DNA of 64,000 nucleotides from an uncultured Synergistaceae bacterium. GTDB lineage: Bacteria; Synergistota; Synergistia; Synergistales; 79-D21. The DNA is taken from NCBI GenBank assembly GCA_964425765.1, contig CAYRNZ010000007.1, forward strand, positions 9,678 through 73,677, written 5' to 3'. Of the stretch, positions 19,638 through 28,363 are shown in pieces. A program made the position numbers and the translations under genes. The notes below the pieces were generated by a model that ran no database searches, was not told the DNA's origin, and worked only from the letters and a program-made list of their open reading frames with translations. The first letter of the stretch is position 1. Every line of letters starts with the position of its first letter.

Positions 19638-20519
19638 CTAAACCTTTTCGCTGATCTGCTTGCCCAGGAGTCCCGAAGGCCTCCAGAGCAGGGTGGCGAT
19701 GAGCATGCCGAAGACGACGATGTCCCTGAGCTGGCTGGAGATGAAGCCGGCTGTCAGCATTTCAGCTAGCCCAAGGATAAGGCTGCCCAGGACTGCTCCC
19801 GGCAGGCTTCCGAGCCCGCCGATGACCGCGGCGACGAAGGCCTTGATCGTGATTCCCCCCAGCTGGGGGAAGAGCGTGTAACGGACCGACAGGAAAATTC
19901 CGCCGACCGCGGCCAGGAAACCTGCGACGAAGAAAACGATCGAGATCAGCCTGTTTACGTTGACTCCCATGAGTCCTGAGGTGCGGAGGTCATAAGAAGC
20001 CGCTCTGATGGCCAGTCCCCATTTTGTCTTGGTCAGGAACAACTGGAGAGCCGCAAGGAAGAAGATGGCTGTCACTAGGGAGAGGAGGTCGAACGCGCTC
20101 GTCGTGGCAAGCCCGAAGAAGTTGACGGGGTTTGTCGGGATGACCGGCGGCAGCGCCCTGAACCGGCCTCCGACGGTTACGACGAAGACGTTCTCGATGA
20201 CGATGCTCATGCCCATGGAGGCGATCAGGAGGTAAAGGGTGATGCTGGTCCGTTCCCTAATGGGCTTGTAAGCCAAAAACTCCACCAGCACAGCGATAAG
20301 GCCGGCGCCCATGACTGCCGTGAAGCCTGAAAGCCATATGTTGTTTCCCATGGCCGCAAGGGTGTAGTAGCAGATGTATCCGCCAATAACGATAAAACCA
20401 CCGTGGGAAAAGTTCGAAAAGAGAAGGATGGAGTAAACGAGCGAATAACCGACTGCTATCAACGCGTAAACCGAACCGAGCGAAAGGCCGTTGATAATCT
20501 GTTGAACCAGCGTGTCCAA
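19638..20519 (-). CDS. livH: Branched-chain amino acid ABC transporter permease LivH
   Basis: MDTLVQQIINGLSLGSVYALIAVGYSLVYS... typical LivH N-terminus; polytopic. Confidence 0.88.
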   Translation of the reverse strand: MDTLVQQIINGLSLGSVYALIAVGYSLVYSILLFSNFSHGGFIVIGGYICYYTLAAMGNNIWLSGFTAVMGAGLIAVLVEFLAYKPIRERTSITLYLLIASMGMSIVIENVFVVTVGGRFRALPPVIPTNPVNFFGLATTSAFDLLSLVTAIFFLAALQLFLTKTKWGLAIRAASYDLRTSGLMGVNVNRLISIVFFVAGFLAAVGGIFLSVRYTLFPQLGGITIKAFVAAVIGGLGSLPGAVLGSLILGLAEMLTAGFISSQLRDIVVFGMLIATLLWRPSGLLGKQISEKV

Positions 20520-20598
20520 TTACGGATCACCTCTTCCGCGGGCTATTTTGGAACTTGTGCCAGACATCAGTTTACATGAGGTGGACCGTGTTCGGCAA

Positions 20599-20646
20599 GA
20601 AAAGGAAAAGGCGGGCGAAAGGTTCTTCGCCCGCCTTTTCCTTTTC
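20599..20646 (-). terminator. 21-bp perfect hairpin between livJ and livH (partial terminator/attenuator)
   Basis: GAAAAGGAAAAGGCGGGCGAA-aggttc-TTCGCCCGCCTTTTCCTTTTC directly after the livJ stop; U-rich on the minus-strand transcript. Confidence 0.65.
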
Positions 20647-20655
20647 TCTTATAGG

Positions 20656-21810
20656 TTATTTAGGTTGGATCTTTGTGAAGAAGCGCCCTTTTCCGTCCTT
20701 AGCGATAAGGACAACGGCGGTTTTGTTCATCGGGTTGTGATCCTTCGGATTAATGGACATCGTGGCATGATGGAGTTTCACATTCTTCGTCTTCTCCAGC
20801 GCGTTCTTGATCGCGGTGCTGTCTGCTTTCCCGGCCCTCTTGATGGCGTCGGCCAGCCAGTAGATGGAATCGTAGGCCAGGATGCCATTCACGAATTCCT
20901 TGCACTCGTCGTTGTAAATCTTCTTGTAGGATGCGAAGAAGGGCTGCATCGCAGGATCCTCAGGGGCAACATGGTTGATCCAGTAGCTTCCCTCCATGGA
21001 CTTGCCGGCGATCTCCCACATGAACTCGCCGTAACCGTCGCCGCCGATGAAAATGATGTCTTTCATCCCAAGTTCACGAGCCTGCTTCATGATCAAGGCC
21101 ATTTCCTTGCCCATGTTGGGCAGGATGAGGACGTCGGCCTTGCTGTCGCGGATCGTGGTCAGCTGGGCGCGGAAGTCGACATCCGTTCCAGCCCGGAAAG
21201 CCTGGTCGGCCACGATTTTCCCGCCGTACTTCTTGTAGTACTGCATGAAGAAATCACGAAGTCCTTGGGAATAGTCGCTGCCGACGTCGTAAAGGACCGC
21301 TGCGTTCATCTTCTTGAGGTTCTTGACGGCGAAATAGGCAATGACCTGCCCCTGGTAGGGATCGGTGAAACAGGTCCTGAACATGTAGGGGTTCAGCTTG
21401 CCTTCGGGGGTGACGGTGACGTTCAGGTTGGTCGAAACTGTCCCGATCTGGGGGATCTTGTATTTCGTCGAGAGAGGAGCGGTGGCGATGTTGATCCCGC
21501 TTCCGTTGGCACCTACGACGGCAACGACCTTATCGTTCTCGGCGAGTCTCCGGAAAGCGTTGACCGCGTCTTCCGGCCGAGTGCGGAAGTCGTACGGAAC
21601 GAGTTCAAGCTTTTTCCCCAGGACTCCGCCCTTGGCGTTGATTTCATCGACGGCGAGCTTTGCGGCATTCAGTTCCGTCTGGCCGTAGGCAGCCCAGTCG
21701 CCCGTTAGGGCGGCCAGGTACCCGACCTTGATCGTGTCCGCGGCCATCGCGGAGCCCGCAAACACCACCGCTAGCGCAAGTGCCACCAACAACAGACCCA
21801 ACTTCCTCAA
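20656..21810 (-). CDS. livJ: Branched-chain amino acid ABC transporter substrate-binding protein
   Basis: TTG start after GGAGGTGG; signal peptide LLLVALALAVVFAGSAMA; IKVGYLAALTGDWAAYG type-I periplasmic-binding fold motif. Confidence 0.88.
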   Translation of the reverse strand: MRKLGLLLVALALAVVFAGSAMAADTIKVGYLAALTGDWAAYGQTELNAAKLAVDEINAKGGVLGKKLELVPYDFRTRPEDAVNAFRRLAENDKVVAVVGANGSGINIATAPLSTKYKIPQIGTVSTNLNVTVTPEGKLNPYMFRTCFTDPYQGQVIAYFAVKNLKKMNAAVLYDVGSDYSQGLRDFFMQYYKKYGGKIVADQAFRAGTDVDFRAQLTTIRDSKADVLILPNMGKEMALIMKQARELGMKDIIFIGGDGYGEFMWEIAGKSMEGSYWINHVAPEDPAMQPFFASYKKIYNDECKEFVNGILAYDSIYWLADAIKRAGKADSTAIKNALEKTKNVKLHHATMSINPKDHNPMNKTAVVLIAKDGKGRFFTKIQPK

Positions 21811-21938
21811 GACCGACCACCTCCAGTAAATGTTTGTAACCCTTTCCTCCGAGTACAGATTCTATCATATAAGCCCCCGGCACCGGGGACGGGAAAGCTG
21901 CTGCTAAAATAGATCCCGGACGGAAGGGGAGGAACTCG

Positions 21939-22802
21939 ATGAAACTGCTTGTAACCGATATCGATGGGACCCTGACTTCGGGGAACAGTGTCCCCGGACC
22001 GGTACGGGAGGCTTGCGAGAGGTTGCGCAAGGCGGGATGGCGCTTTATGGTCGCAACCGGGCGGATCTGGGCTTCGGCCAGGCCCTTCGCGGAGGCGATA
22101 GGTTCAGACCTCCCGTCCATCGTTTATGACGGGGCCAGGATCATGGCAAAGGCCGGAGGCAACTTCTGTAAGGATTGGCGACTGCCCAGGGACACAGCGG
22201 AGGAGGTCCTCTCCCTGTGCTGGGATTCCTCCCTTGTCCTTCAGGCCTATGGGGACGAGGAAGTCTCGTGCAGGCCGGAAGATCGCGTTACCAGGGGGTT
22301 CTTCGAAAGGCTGGGCGTGAAGGTCGATCCGCATCTGACTTCTCCCCGGCTCTCCTACGATCCTTTCCGGATAATCCTTTACGGTGACCCGCAAGAGGCC
22401 AGGGATGTCGGAAGGAAAGTCAGGGAGCGCATGGGCGCTCACGTGGAGGTGACGCTTGCCGGGGAAGGGTTCTTGGATATCCTGCCCCGGGGCGTGTCAA
22501 AGGGTGCGGCACTCAAGACTTTCCGTGAAGAATCGGGGATGGAGGTCGATTTCGTCGTCGCAGCCGGGGATCACCTGAACGACCTCGACCTTCTAGGCGG
22601 CGCGGACCTGGCCGTCACCTTCCGGGATGCCCCCCAGGAAGTTGTCGGGGTTGCCCATCTCGTCCTTCCGCCAGCCTCGTCGATGGGTTTTTTGGATCTC
22701 TGCCGCTTCATAGAGAAGCGCGACTCGGGGTCCTTTTTCGAGAAAGAAGGCATGATCGGCAGGAGGGGATACCCGCTGCACCTTGGCGTGGAACACTCCT
22801 GA
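21939..22802 (+). CDS. Cof-type HAD-IIB family hydrolase/phosphatase
   Basis: LLVTDIDGTL (DxDxT motif I), VATGR, C-terminal AAGDHLNDLDLL motif IV. Confidence 0.8.
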   Translation: MKLLVTDIDGTLTSGNSVPGPVREACERLRKAGWRFMVATGRIWASARPFAEAIGSDLPSIVYDGARIMAKAGGNFCKDWRLPRDTAEEVLSLCWDSSLVLQAYGDEEVSCRPEDRVTRGFFERLGVKVDPHLTSPRLSYDPFRIILYGDPQEARDVGRKVRERMGAHVEVTLAGEGFLDILPRGVSKGAALKTFREESGMEVDFVVAAGDHLNDLDLLGGADLAVTFRDAPQEVVGVAHLVLPPASSMGFLDLCRFIEKRDSGSFFEKEGMIGRRGYPLHLGVEHS

Positions 22803-22820
22803 AACCAGGGAGGTGGGGAA

Positions 22821-23318
22821 ATGTCGGAAGTGAAGGGATGGCAAGTCGTCCGGATGGAGATCCCCGAGGGTTGCAACATCATCCTGGGGCAGAGTCACTT
22901 CATCAAGACCGTGGAGGACCTTTTCGAGGCTCTTGTGACCTCATCGCCGGGCCTTCAGTTCGGGATCGCCTTCTGCGAGGCGTCCGAACCCTGCCTGGTA
23001 CGCCGGGACGGAAACGCCGCGATCCTCGAGGAGGTCGCGGTTCGAAACGCTCTGGCCCTTTCCGCGGGTCACGCGTTCGTCATCCTGATCCGGAATGGAT
23101 ATCCCATCAACGTCCTGGATCGCATCAAGCGTGTCCAGGAAGTCTGCGGGATATTCGCGGCGACGGCAAACCCTTTGGAAGTCCTGGTTTTCGAGACCGC
23201 ATTGGGCCGCGGGATCGCCGGGGTCGTGGATGGCTTCCCTTCCAGGGGCGTCGAGGACGAATCCCACGTAGCGGCCAGGAAGCACCTGCTCAGGGATATC
23301 ATCGGGTACAAGCGCTAG
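22821..23318 (+). CDS. Adenosine-specific kinase family protein (PF04008-like)
   Basis: IILGQSHFIKTVEDLFEALVTSSPGLQFGIAFCEAS...GHAFVILIRNGYPINVL...ATANPLEVLV matches my recollection of this family; 18 nt after the HAD gene. Confidence 0.65.
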   Translation: MSEVKGWQVVRMEIPEGCNIILGQSHFIKTVEDLFEALVTSSPGLQFGIAFCEASEPCLVRRDGNAAILEEVAVRNALALSAGHAFVILIRNGYPINVLDRIKRVQEVCGIFAATANPLEVLVFETALGRGIAGVVDGFPSRGVEDESHVAARKHLLRDIIGYKR

Positions 23319-23343
23319 GGGCGAAGGAATACCGGGACCCGTT

Positions 23344-24723
23344 TCAGGGGGGCGGCTCCGTCGCGGGCGCCCCCTTTCCTTTCAGGCCGAAGAGGCAGCA
23401 GGCGGAGGACAGGAGCAGCCCGACAAAAAGCGGGTCACCGGGAAGGCCTGTCGCAGGCCATGTCATGGCGGCGAACAGCCCAGAGGCCGAGGAAATGAAG
23501 GCCCAGCGAGGTTCGAGCCTGCCGGGTGCAACCACTGCCAGGGCGAACGGGAGGGCAGTGCCGGCACCGCGAAGGCCCATGCTCAGGTAGCTCCAGGAGA
23601 GGATCAGCGTATCGGGCGCGAGACGAGCCAGGCCAGCCGCGCCAAGGACGAGGGCGAGCAGGGTCAGGCGGGTGCGCATGAGAAACTCGCGGTCATCCGG
23701 TTTTCGTGAAAGAAGAAACGAGGGGAGGTCCCTGGCGAGGTTCGTTGCGATTCCCAGGCACAGTCCTGCGGCGGTTCCGACAATCGTGATGGCGATGCCG
23801 CTCCAGAGGCACCCGGCAACCAGGGGCGGGAAGTTTTGGAAGATGAACACCGGAAGCACCTGGGAAGGGGTAAGTCCCGGCTGGTTCACCCGCATCGCCA
23901 TGCCCACCCAGACTGCCAGGAGCCCGAGCGGGGGCATCAGGGCGGAGGAAAGAAGGGCCCCGGCTTGGGCCGTCCTTTCGCTGGATGCTGAGAAAATGGC
24001 CTGAACATAGATCTGTGTCGTCAGGACTCCAACGATGAGGGAAAAGCCGGCATTCAGGTCCTTGGCCAGCCCTCGACCGAACAGGTCGAACCACGGGCTC
24101 CGGGAAAGGTTCTTCCAGAGCGTGAGGGGTGTTGTCCCTCCGGTGACGGAAACGGCAACGCAGGAGGCAAGAACGAGAAAAAGAAAGGCGATCTTGGCTT
24201 TTCCCAGCGCCCCGTAGCTTTTCAAGCCTCCCAGGAAGATGAAACCGAGGATTGCCAGCGCAACCCCCGTCGTTCCTACCGCCCCGGAGACGGGCCACAC
24301 TCCCTGAAGCATCGCCAAACCGGCCAGGAACTGGGCGACGATCGACAGGAACGTGCCGATAGTCGATGCGGCGAGGGTGACCATGCCGGTTCGAAAGCCA
24401 TACCGGCTTGCCAGCAGCTCCGGTATTGTGCTCATGCCGGTGCGCCTCAGGGGCCCGGCAAACCACAGGCCCAGGATGAGACAGCCAAGCCCCCCGCCCA
24501 ACGTGAACCACCATGCGGACAAGCCGAAACGATAGGCCATCTCGACCGTCCCGACCGTGCTGGCCCCCCCGACCAGTGCCCCCAGGAGAACCCCGCTGAC
24601 CTCCACCGTGCCTGATCGGCGCCCCGCCAGGGTATAGTCCGTGGAGGTGCGAACCTCTTTCGCCGCACGGGCCCCGAGGACCAGGAACGCCAGAATGACC
24701 AGCACGACACCCGTTTCGAACAT
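23344..24723 (-). CDS. Sodium:solute symporter (SSS) family transporter
   Basis: About 13 hydrophobic segments, SSS-like N-terminus DYTLAGRRSG; ATG 24723 preceded by GGGAGG (track start 24771 over-extended). Confidence 0.75.
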   Translation of the reverse strand: MFETGVVLVILAFLVLGARAAKEVRTSTDYTLAGRRSGTVEVSGVLLGALVGGASTVGTVEMAYRFGLSAWWFTLGGGLGCLILGLWFAGPLRRTGMSTIPELLASRYGFRTGMVTLAASTIGTFLSIVAQFLAGLAMLQGVWPVSGAVGTTGVALAILGFIFLGGLKSYGALGKAKIAFLFLVLASCVAVSVTGGTTPLTLWKNLSRSPWFDLFGRGLAKDLNAGFSLIVGVLTTQIYVQAIFSASSERTAQAGALLSSALMPPLGLLAVWVGMAMRVNQPGLTPSQVLPVFIFQNFPPLVAGCLWSGIAITIVGTAAGLCLGIATNLARDLPSFLLSRKPDDREFLMRTRLTLLALVLGAAGLARLAPDTLILSWSYLSMGLRGAGTALPFALAVVAPGRLEPRWAFISSASGLFAAMTWPATGLPGDPLFVGLLLSSACCLFGLKGKGAPATEPPP

Positions 24724-24777
24724 CAGGATGCCAACCTCCCATTTTCGCTTTCGCGACAGGCCGCTTGCCAACAGTTT

Positions 24778-24793
24778 AACGTCATGTGACGTT
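24778..24793. promoter_or_regulatory. Inverted repeat AACGTCA-tg-TGACGTT in divergent intergenic region (candidate operator)
   Basis: Perfect 7-2-7 palindrome, about 55 nt upstream of the symporter start and about 70 nt upstream of the DRTGG operon start. Confidence 0.35.
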
Positions 24794-24862
24794 TCGAGGC
24801 CAATATGTTATTTTTATCACAGGCTTTTGAAAGGCCAAGATTGACCGGGGAGGTCGGACTGA

Positions 24863-25228
24863 TTGAAGCTGAAAGAGGCCATATCCTGCATCGGAGCCGA
24901 GATGCTTTTCGGGGAAAACCAGCTGGACACGGTAGAGATCGAGAACGCCTATGCTTCGGACCTGATGAGTGATGTCCTGGCTTTCGCATGGCCCGGGACT
25001 CTTCTGCTTACCGGGCTGACAAACGTGCAGATCGTCCGTACGGCCCAGATGATGGATATTCCGGCCGTGGTGTTCGTAAGGGGCAAGCGCCCCCAGGAAG
25101 AGGCCATAGCGCTGGCGAAGAGCGTGGGAATGCCGCTTTTCGTCTCATCCATGAGCATGTATGAGACCTGCGGGCTGCTCTACAAGGCGGGGCTTTCTCC
25201 GTGCATCATCCCCCAGCGGGAGGAGTAG
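24863..25228 (+). CDS. DRTGG domain protein
   Basis: TTG start after GGGGAGG; LMSDVLAFAWPGTLLLTGLTNVQIVRTAQMMDIPAVVFVRGK typical DRTGG domain. Confidence 0.75.
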   Translation: MKLKEAISCIGAEMLFGENQLDTVEIENAYASDLMSDVLAFAWPGTLLLTGLTNVQIVRTAQMMDIPAVVFVRGKRPQEEAIALAKSVGMPLFVSSMSMYETCGLLYKAGLSPCIIPQREE

Positions 25229-25231
25229 CGT

Positions 25232-25678
25232 GTGGACAGTCATTACGAGGTGGAGTTCACAGTAAGGGGAGATGATTTCCTCGCCGCCGGCGAGGCTTCC
25301 AACCAGATCAAGGAAACCCTCATCATGCTGGGTGTGCCCTCTCCCATCTCGAGGCGCGCATCGGTCATCACATACGAGGCGGAGATGAACCTTGTCATCC
25401 ACTCGGGAGGAGGGCAGATCCGCGCGACCATCACCCCTGAAAAGCTCACGATCCAGGCTTGCGACGAAGGGCCGGGTATACCGGACCTCCAGAAGGCGAT
25501 GAGGGAGGGATTTTCAACTGCATCCGATCGTGTCCGCGAGATGGGATTCGGCGCGGGTATGGGCCTTCCGAACATCAAGCGCAACTCGGACACCCTGGAC
25601 ATCCGGTCCGAGGTAGGAAAAGGAACGACCCTCACCGCGACGATTCTTTTCCAGAATGCGGCCGGGGACAGGAGGTAG
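25232..25678 (+). CDS. GHKL-type ATPase / anti-sigma-factor-like Ser kinase (RsbW/SpoIIAB-like)
   Basis: EAEMNLVIH (N-box-like), DEGPGIPD (G1), GFGAGMGLPNI (G2), GKGTTL; no DHp His domain. Confidence 0.7.
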   Translation: MDSHYEVEFTVRGDDFLAAGEASNQIKETLIMLGVPSPISRRASVITYEAEMNLVIHSGGGQIRATITPEKLTIQACDEGPGIPDLQKAMREGFSTASDRVREMGFGAGMGLPNIKRNSDTLDIRSEVGKGTTLTATILFQNAAGDRR

Positions 25679-25682
25679 CCGG

Positions 25683-26996
25683 ATGGAAACGGGCGTGAAG
25701 ATCATCGAAGGCAGCTGCAGGGGCTGCGTGAACTGCATCAAATCATGTCCCACCGAAGCCCTGAGGGTTATCGATGGCAAGGTGAGGATTATTCCCGATC
25801 TTTGCATCGACTGCGGGGAATGCCTGAGAAGCTGCAGGGAAAAATCCCTGGCACTTGATGAGGACGATTGGGACGTGCTGAAAAGCCACGGGTCCTCGAT
25901 CCTGATGGCGGATCCGACCTTTTGCGCCCAGTTCTCCCACTACTGGAGCCCGGGGCTCGTGAGGAAAGCGCTCGAGTCTCTCGATATGAAGGACCTTTTT
26001 GACGAGGCTGCAGCGGCTTTCGACCTGGCGGCCTTCGCCACGGCCCAAAAAATCGCCGACTCGTCCAGGGAGAGCCTTCCCTTGATCTCGGTCTATTGCC
26101 CTGCAGTGGTGAGGCTTATCCAGGTAAGGTTTCCCGAACTTCTCCCCCGCCTTGTGGACGTGGAAAACCCGCTTGAAACCGGAACGCTTCTCTGGCGCAG
26201 GAAGACTGGTTCCAGCGAAGGTGTGACGCTTGTCACTCCGTGCAGCGCGAAAATCATGCTCGTCAGGGGCCCGGTGGGAAGGAGCAAAAGCACCATGGAC
26301 CACGTGGTTTCGGTCAAGCGCCTGGCCCGGGACTTGCTCGCGGCAGGACCGAAGGTCGATGGGACGGGAACCGCGCCGGTCGGCACGCGCTGGCTGGCAT
26401 GGGCGCTCAGGGGAGGGGAAAGCCTCCATATAAAGGCTTTTTCGGAAAGAAACCTCACCACGATGGCCGTCTCGGGTTTGCGAAACACGATCGACCTGCT
26501 CCAGGACCTTGAACTGGGGAGGTTGAAAGGCGTCGATTTTGTTGAATGCAGGGTTTGCGATCTCGGATGCATCGGGGGGATCGGAAACGCGGAATCCCGA
26601 TTCCTTTCGGAGCTCAGGCTTTCCGCACAGTCTATCCAGTGGGAACCGACGGAAGCAGAGTTCGGGACGATTTCCGCCCTTTACGATTCCGGGGTCTGGA
26701 AACTTGAGCAGCCGATCCAGCCAAGGCCCCGTCCTTCTCTAGCCGAGACTCTCGAAGAGGCCATGAAAAAGCTCAAGAGGATGCAGTCGGTTTTTGCCGA
26801 GCTGCCTCATATCGACTGCGGAGCCTGCGGGAGACCCTCTTGCAGGGCCCTGGCGGAGGACGTCGTACGCGGCGAGGGGGAAGTGACGGATTGCGTCTTC
26901 AAGCTTCGCGAACGAATTTCCGGCCTGGGCCGGGAGATTACCGCCCTGAGCGGGAAACTGCCCCATACCTTTCACGAAGGGAAGCGCCAGGAATGA
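25683..26996 (+). CDS. [FeFe]-hydrogenase-like Fe-S protein (putative sensory, HydS-like without PAS)
   Basis: Two ferredoxin motifs (CRGCVNCIKSCP, CIDCGECLRSC); H-cluster-like motifs ISVYCP, TPCSAK, ECRVCDLGCIGG; C-terminal CGACGRPSC...C Fe-S motif. Confidence 0.75.
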   Translation: METGVKIIEGSCRGCVNCIKSCPTEALRVIDGKVRIIPDLCIDCGECLRSCREKSLALDEDDWDVLKSHGSSILMADPTFCAQFSHYWSPGLVRKALESLDMKDLFDEAAAAFDLAAFATAQKIADSSRESLPLISVYCPAVVRLIQVRFPELLPRLVDVENPLETGTLLWRRKTGSSEGVTLVTPCSAKIMLVRGPVGRSKSTMDHVVSVKRLARDLLAAGPKVDGTGTAPVGTRWLAWALRGGESLHIKAFSERNLTTMAVSGLRNTIDLLQDLELGRLKGVDFVECRVCDLGCIGGIGNAESRFLSELRLSAQSIQWEPTEAEFGTISALYDSGVWKLEQPIQPRPRPSLAETLEEAMKKLKRMQSVFAELPHIDCGACGRPSCRALAEDVVRGEGEVTDCVFKLRERISGLGREITALSGKLPHTFHEGKRQE

Positions 26997-27328
26997 AGCT
27001 CTCTTCACTGGTAGAAAGCCTCGATGCGGAAGTCCACCACCCCGGGGATGGGGACAGCCAGATTTCCCGCGGTGTCGTGGGGGACCTCCTGAGCTTTGTC
27101 ATGGGGTCCGCTCCGGAAGGGGCCGCCTGGGTCACGCTCCAGACGCACGTGAACCTGGCGGCAGTGGCTGTCCTGAAGGAGATTCCCCTGGTCATATTGG
27201 CTTCCGGGAGGAAGCCGGATGACGAATTGCTTGAACGGTGCAGGAAAGAGGGTATCGCGCTGGTGACGGCGCAAGGCACACCTTTCGACCTTTGCGGTTT
27301 TCTTCATGCCTTGGGCTTGAGGGGCTAG
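26993..27328 (+). CDS. DRTGG domain protein (second copy)
   Basis: ATGA overlap with preceding gene; VVGDLLSFVMGSAPEGAAWVTLQTHVNLAAVAVLKEIPLVILASGRKP resembles the DRTGG protein at 24863. Confidence 0.7.
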   Translation: MKLSSLVESLDAEVHHPGDGDSQISRGVVGDLLSFVMGSAPEGAAWVTLQTHVNLAAVAVLKEIPLVILASGRKPDDELLERCRKEGIALVTAQGTPFDLCGFLHALGLRG

Positions 27329-27334
27329 GTCACG

Positions 27335-28114
27335 ATGCGCTTCGTCAGGGCGGACCTCCACGTCCATACGGTCCTATCGCCCTGCGGCGGCCTGGACATG
27401 GGAGCCCCCGACATAGCGGCCCGTGCGCTCCAGCTGGGGTTTGGGATCGTGGCGATCACAGACCACAACACGACAGGTAACGTCTCTGCGGTGCAGGAGG
27501 CTGCACGAGGAAGTGGCCTACTCGTCGTGGCAGGGCTCGAAATACAGAGCTCGGAAGACGTCCACGCGGTCACCCTTTTCGAAACGGTCGAAGAGGCCCA
27601 GGATTTCGAGGCGTGGCTTTGGGTAGGGTTTCCCGGAGTCCTGAACAAGCCTGAGTACTTCGGCCCGCAGGTCCTGATCGACTGTGAGAACCAAATCCTG
27701 GGAGAGCAGCCGGTACTGCTCGTGCAGGGAGCCAACCGCGGCATCGACGAAATCGCCAGCGAAGTTCGCAGAAGGGGAGGCATCTGCTTCCTCAGCCATA
27801 TCGATCGGGACTATTTTTCCTACCCGGCGATCCTTGGGCCTATCTCCGCCGACTACCCGGTCGACGCGCTGGAACTGACATGCAGGATAAAACCGGCGAC
27901 GATGAGAGACTTCAGGGCCAAATACCACGGATTCCGATTCTTGAAGAACTCCGATGCCCACTGCCTGGAACAGATGGGCAGGGAGTGCTCGACGCTTTAC
28001 AGGGTTGAGGAGGCGAGTTTTGAAGAACTGAAGCTCGCCCTCCAGGGCAAAGAGGGGAGAGAGGTCCTGTTCCCCTGGCAGGAGAACGGGGAGTCTTCGG
28101 AGGTCACGATATGA
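27335..28114 (+). CDS. PHP-domain metal-dependent phosphoesterase
   Basis: ADLHVHTVLSPCG and AITDHNT motifs of the PHP (polymerase/histidinol-phosphatase) fold; later SHIDRD and NSDAH. Confidence 0.8.
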   Translation: MRFVRADLHVHTVLSPCGGLDMGAPDIAARALQLGFGIVAITDHNTTGNVSAVQEAARGSGLLVVAGLEIQSSEDVHAVTLFETVEEAQDFEAWLWVGFPGVLNKPEYFGPQVLIDCENQILGEQPVLLVQGANRGIDEIASEVRRRGGICFLSHIDRDYFSYPAILGPISADYPVDALELTCRIKPATMRDFRAKYHGFRFLKNSDAHCLEQMGRECSTLYRVEEASFEELKLALQGKEGREVLFPWQENGESSEVTI

Positions 28115-28150
28115 AAGTGGTAAAATGATGTAGCGAAAGGGGGGCTGGCT

Positions 28151-28354
28151 ATGCAGGTGAAAAAACAAGAGGGGCTCGGCGAACCGGAAGCGAGCCTGAA
28201 GTGCTGGTGCGGCAGGAAGCTCTTGAAGGTCGAGGCCTTCCCCGAGGAAAGCTCTTACCGCTATGCCTGTCCTCTTTTCATAGCCGGCGATCCGAGTCAC
28301 GACCAGGTCTTGAGCGAAGAAGAATTCCTGGAGGAACCGGAAGAAAAACGTTAA
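28151..28354 (+). CDS. Small acidic-tailed hypothetical protein
   Basis: 67 aa, AAGGGGGG RBS; CWCG...YACP Cys pattern and EEEFLEEPEEKR tail; no family recognised. Confidence 0.35.
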   Translation: MQVKKQEGLGEPEASLKCWCGRKLLKVEAFPEESSYRYACPLFIAGDPSHDQVLSEEEFLEEPEEKR

Positions 28355-28363
28355 GCGCCCCAG

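Noticed and set aside
20512-21708. 398-aa ORF antisense to livJ
   Set aside because: It lies opposite a signal-peptide-bearing binding protein with an RBS, has no motifs, and spans the livH-livJ intergenic hairpin.
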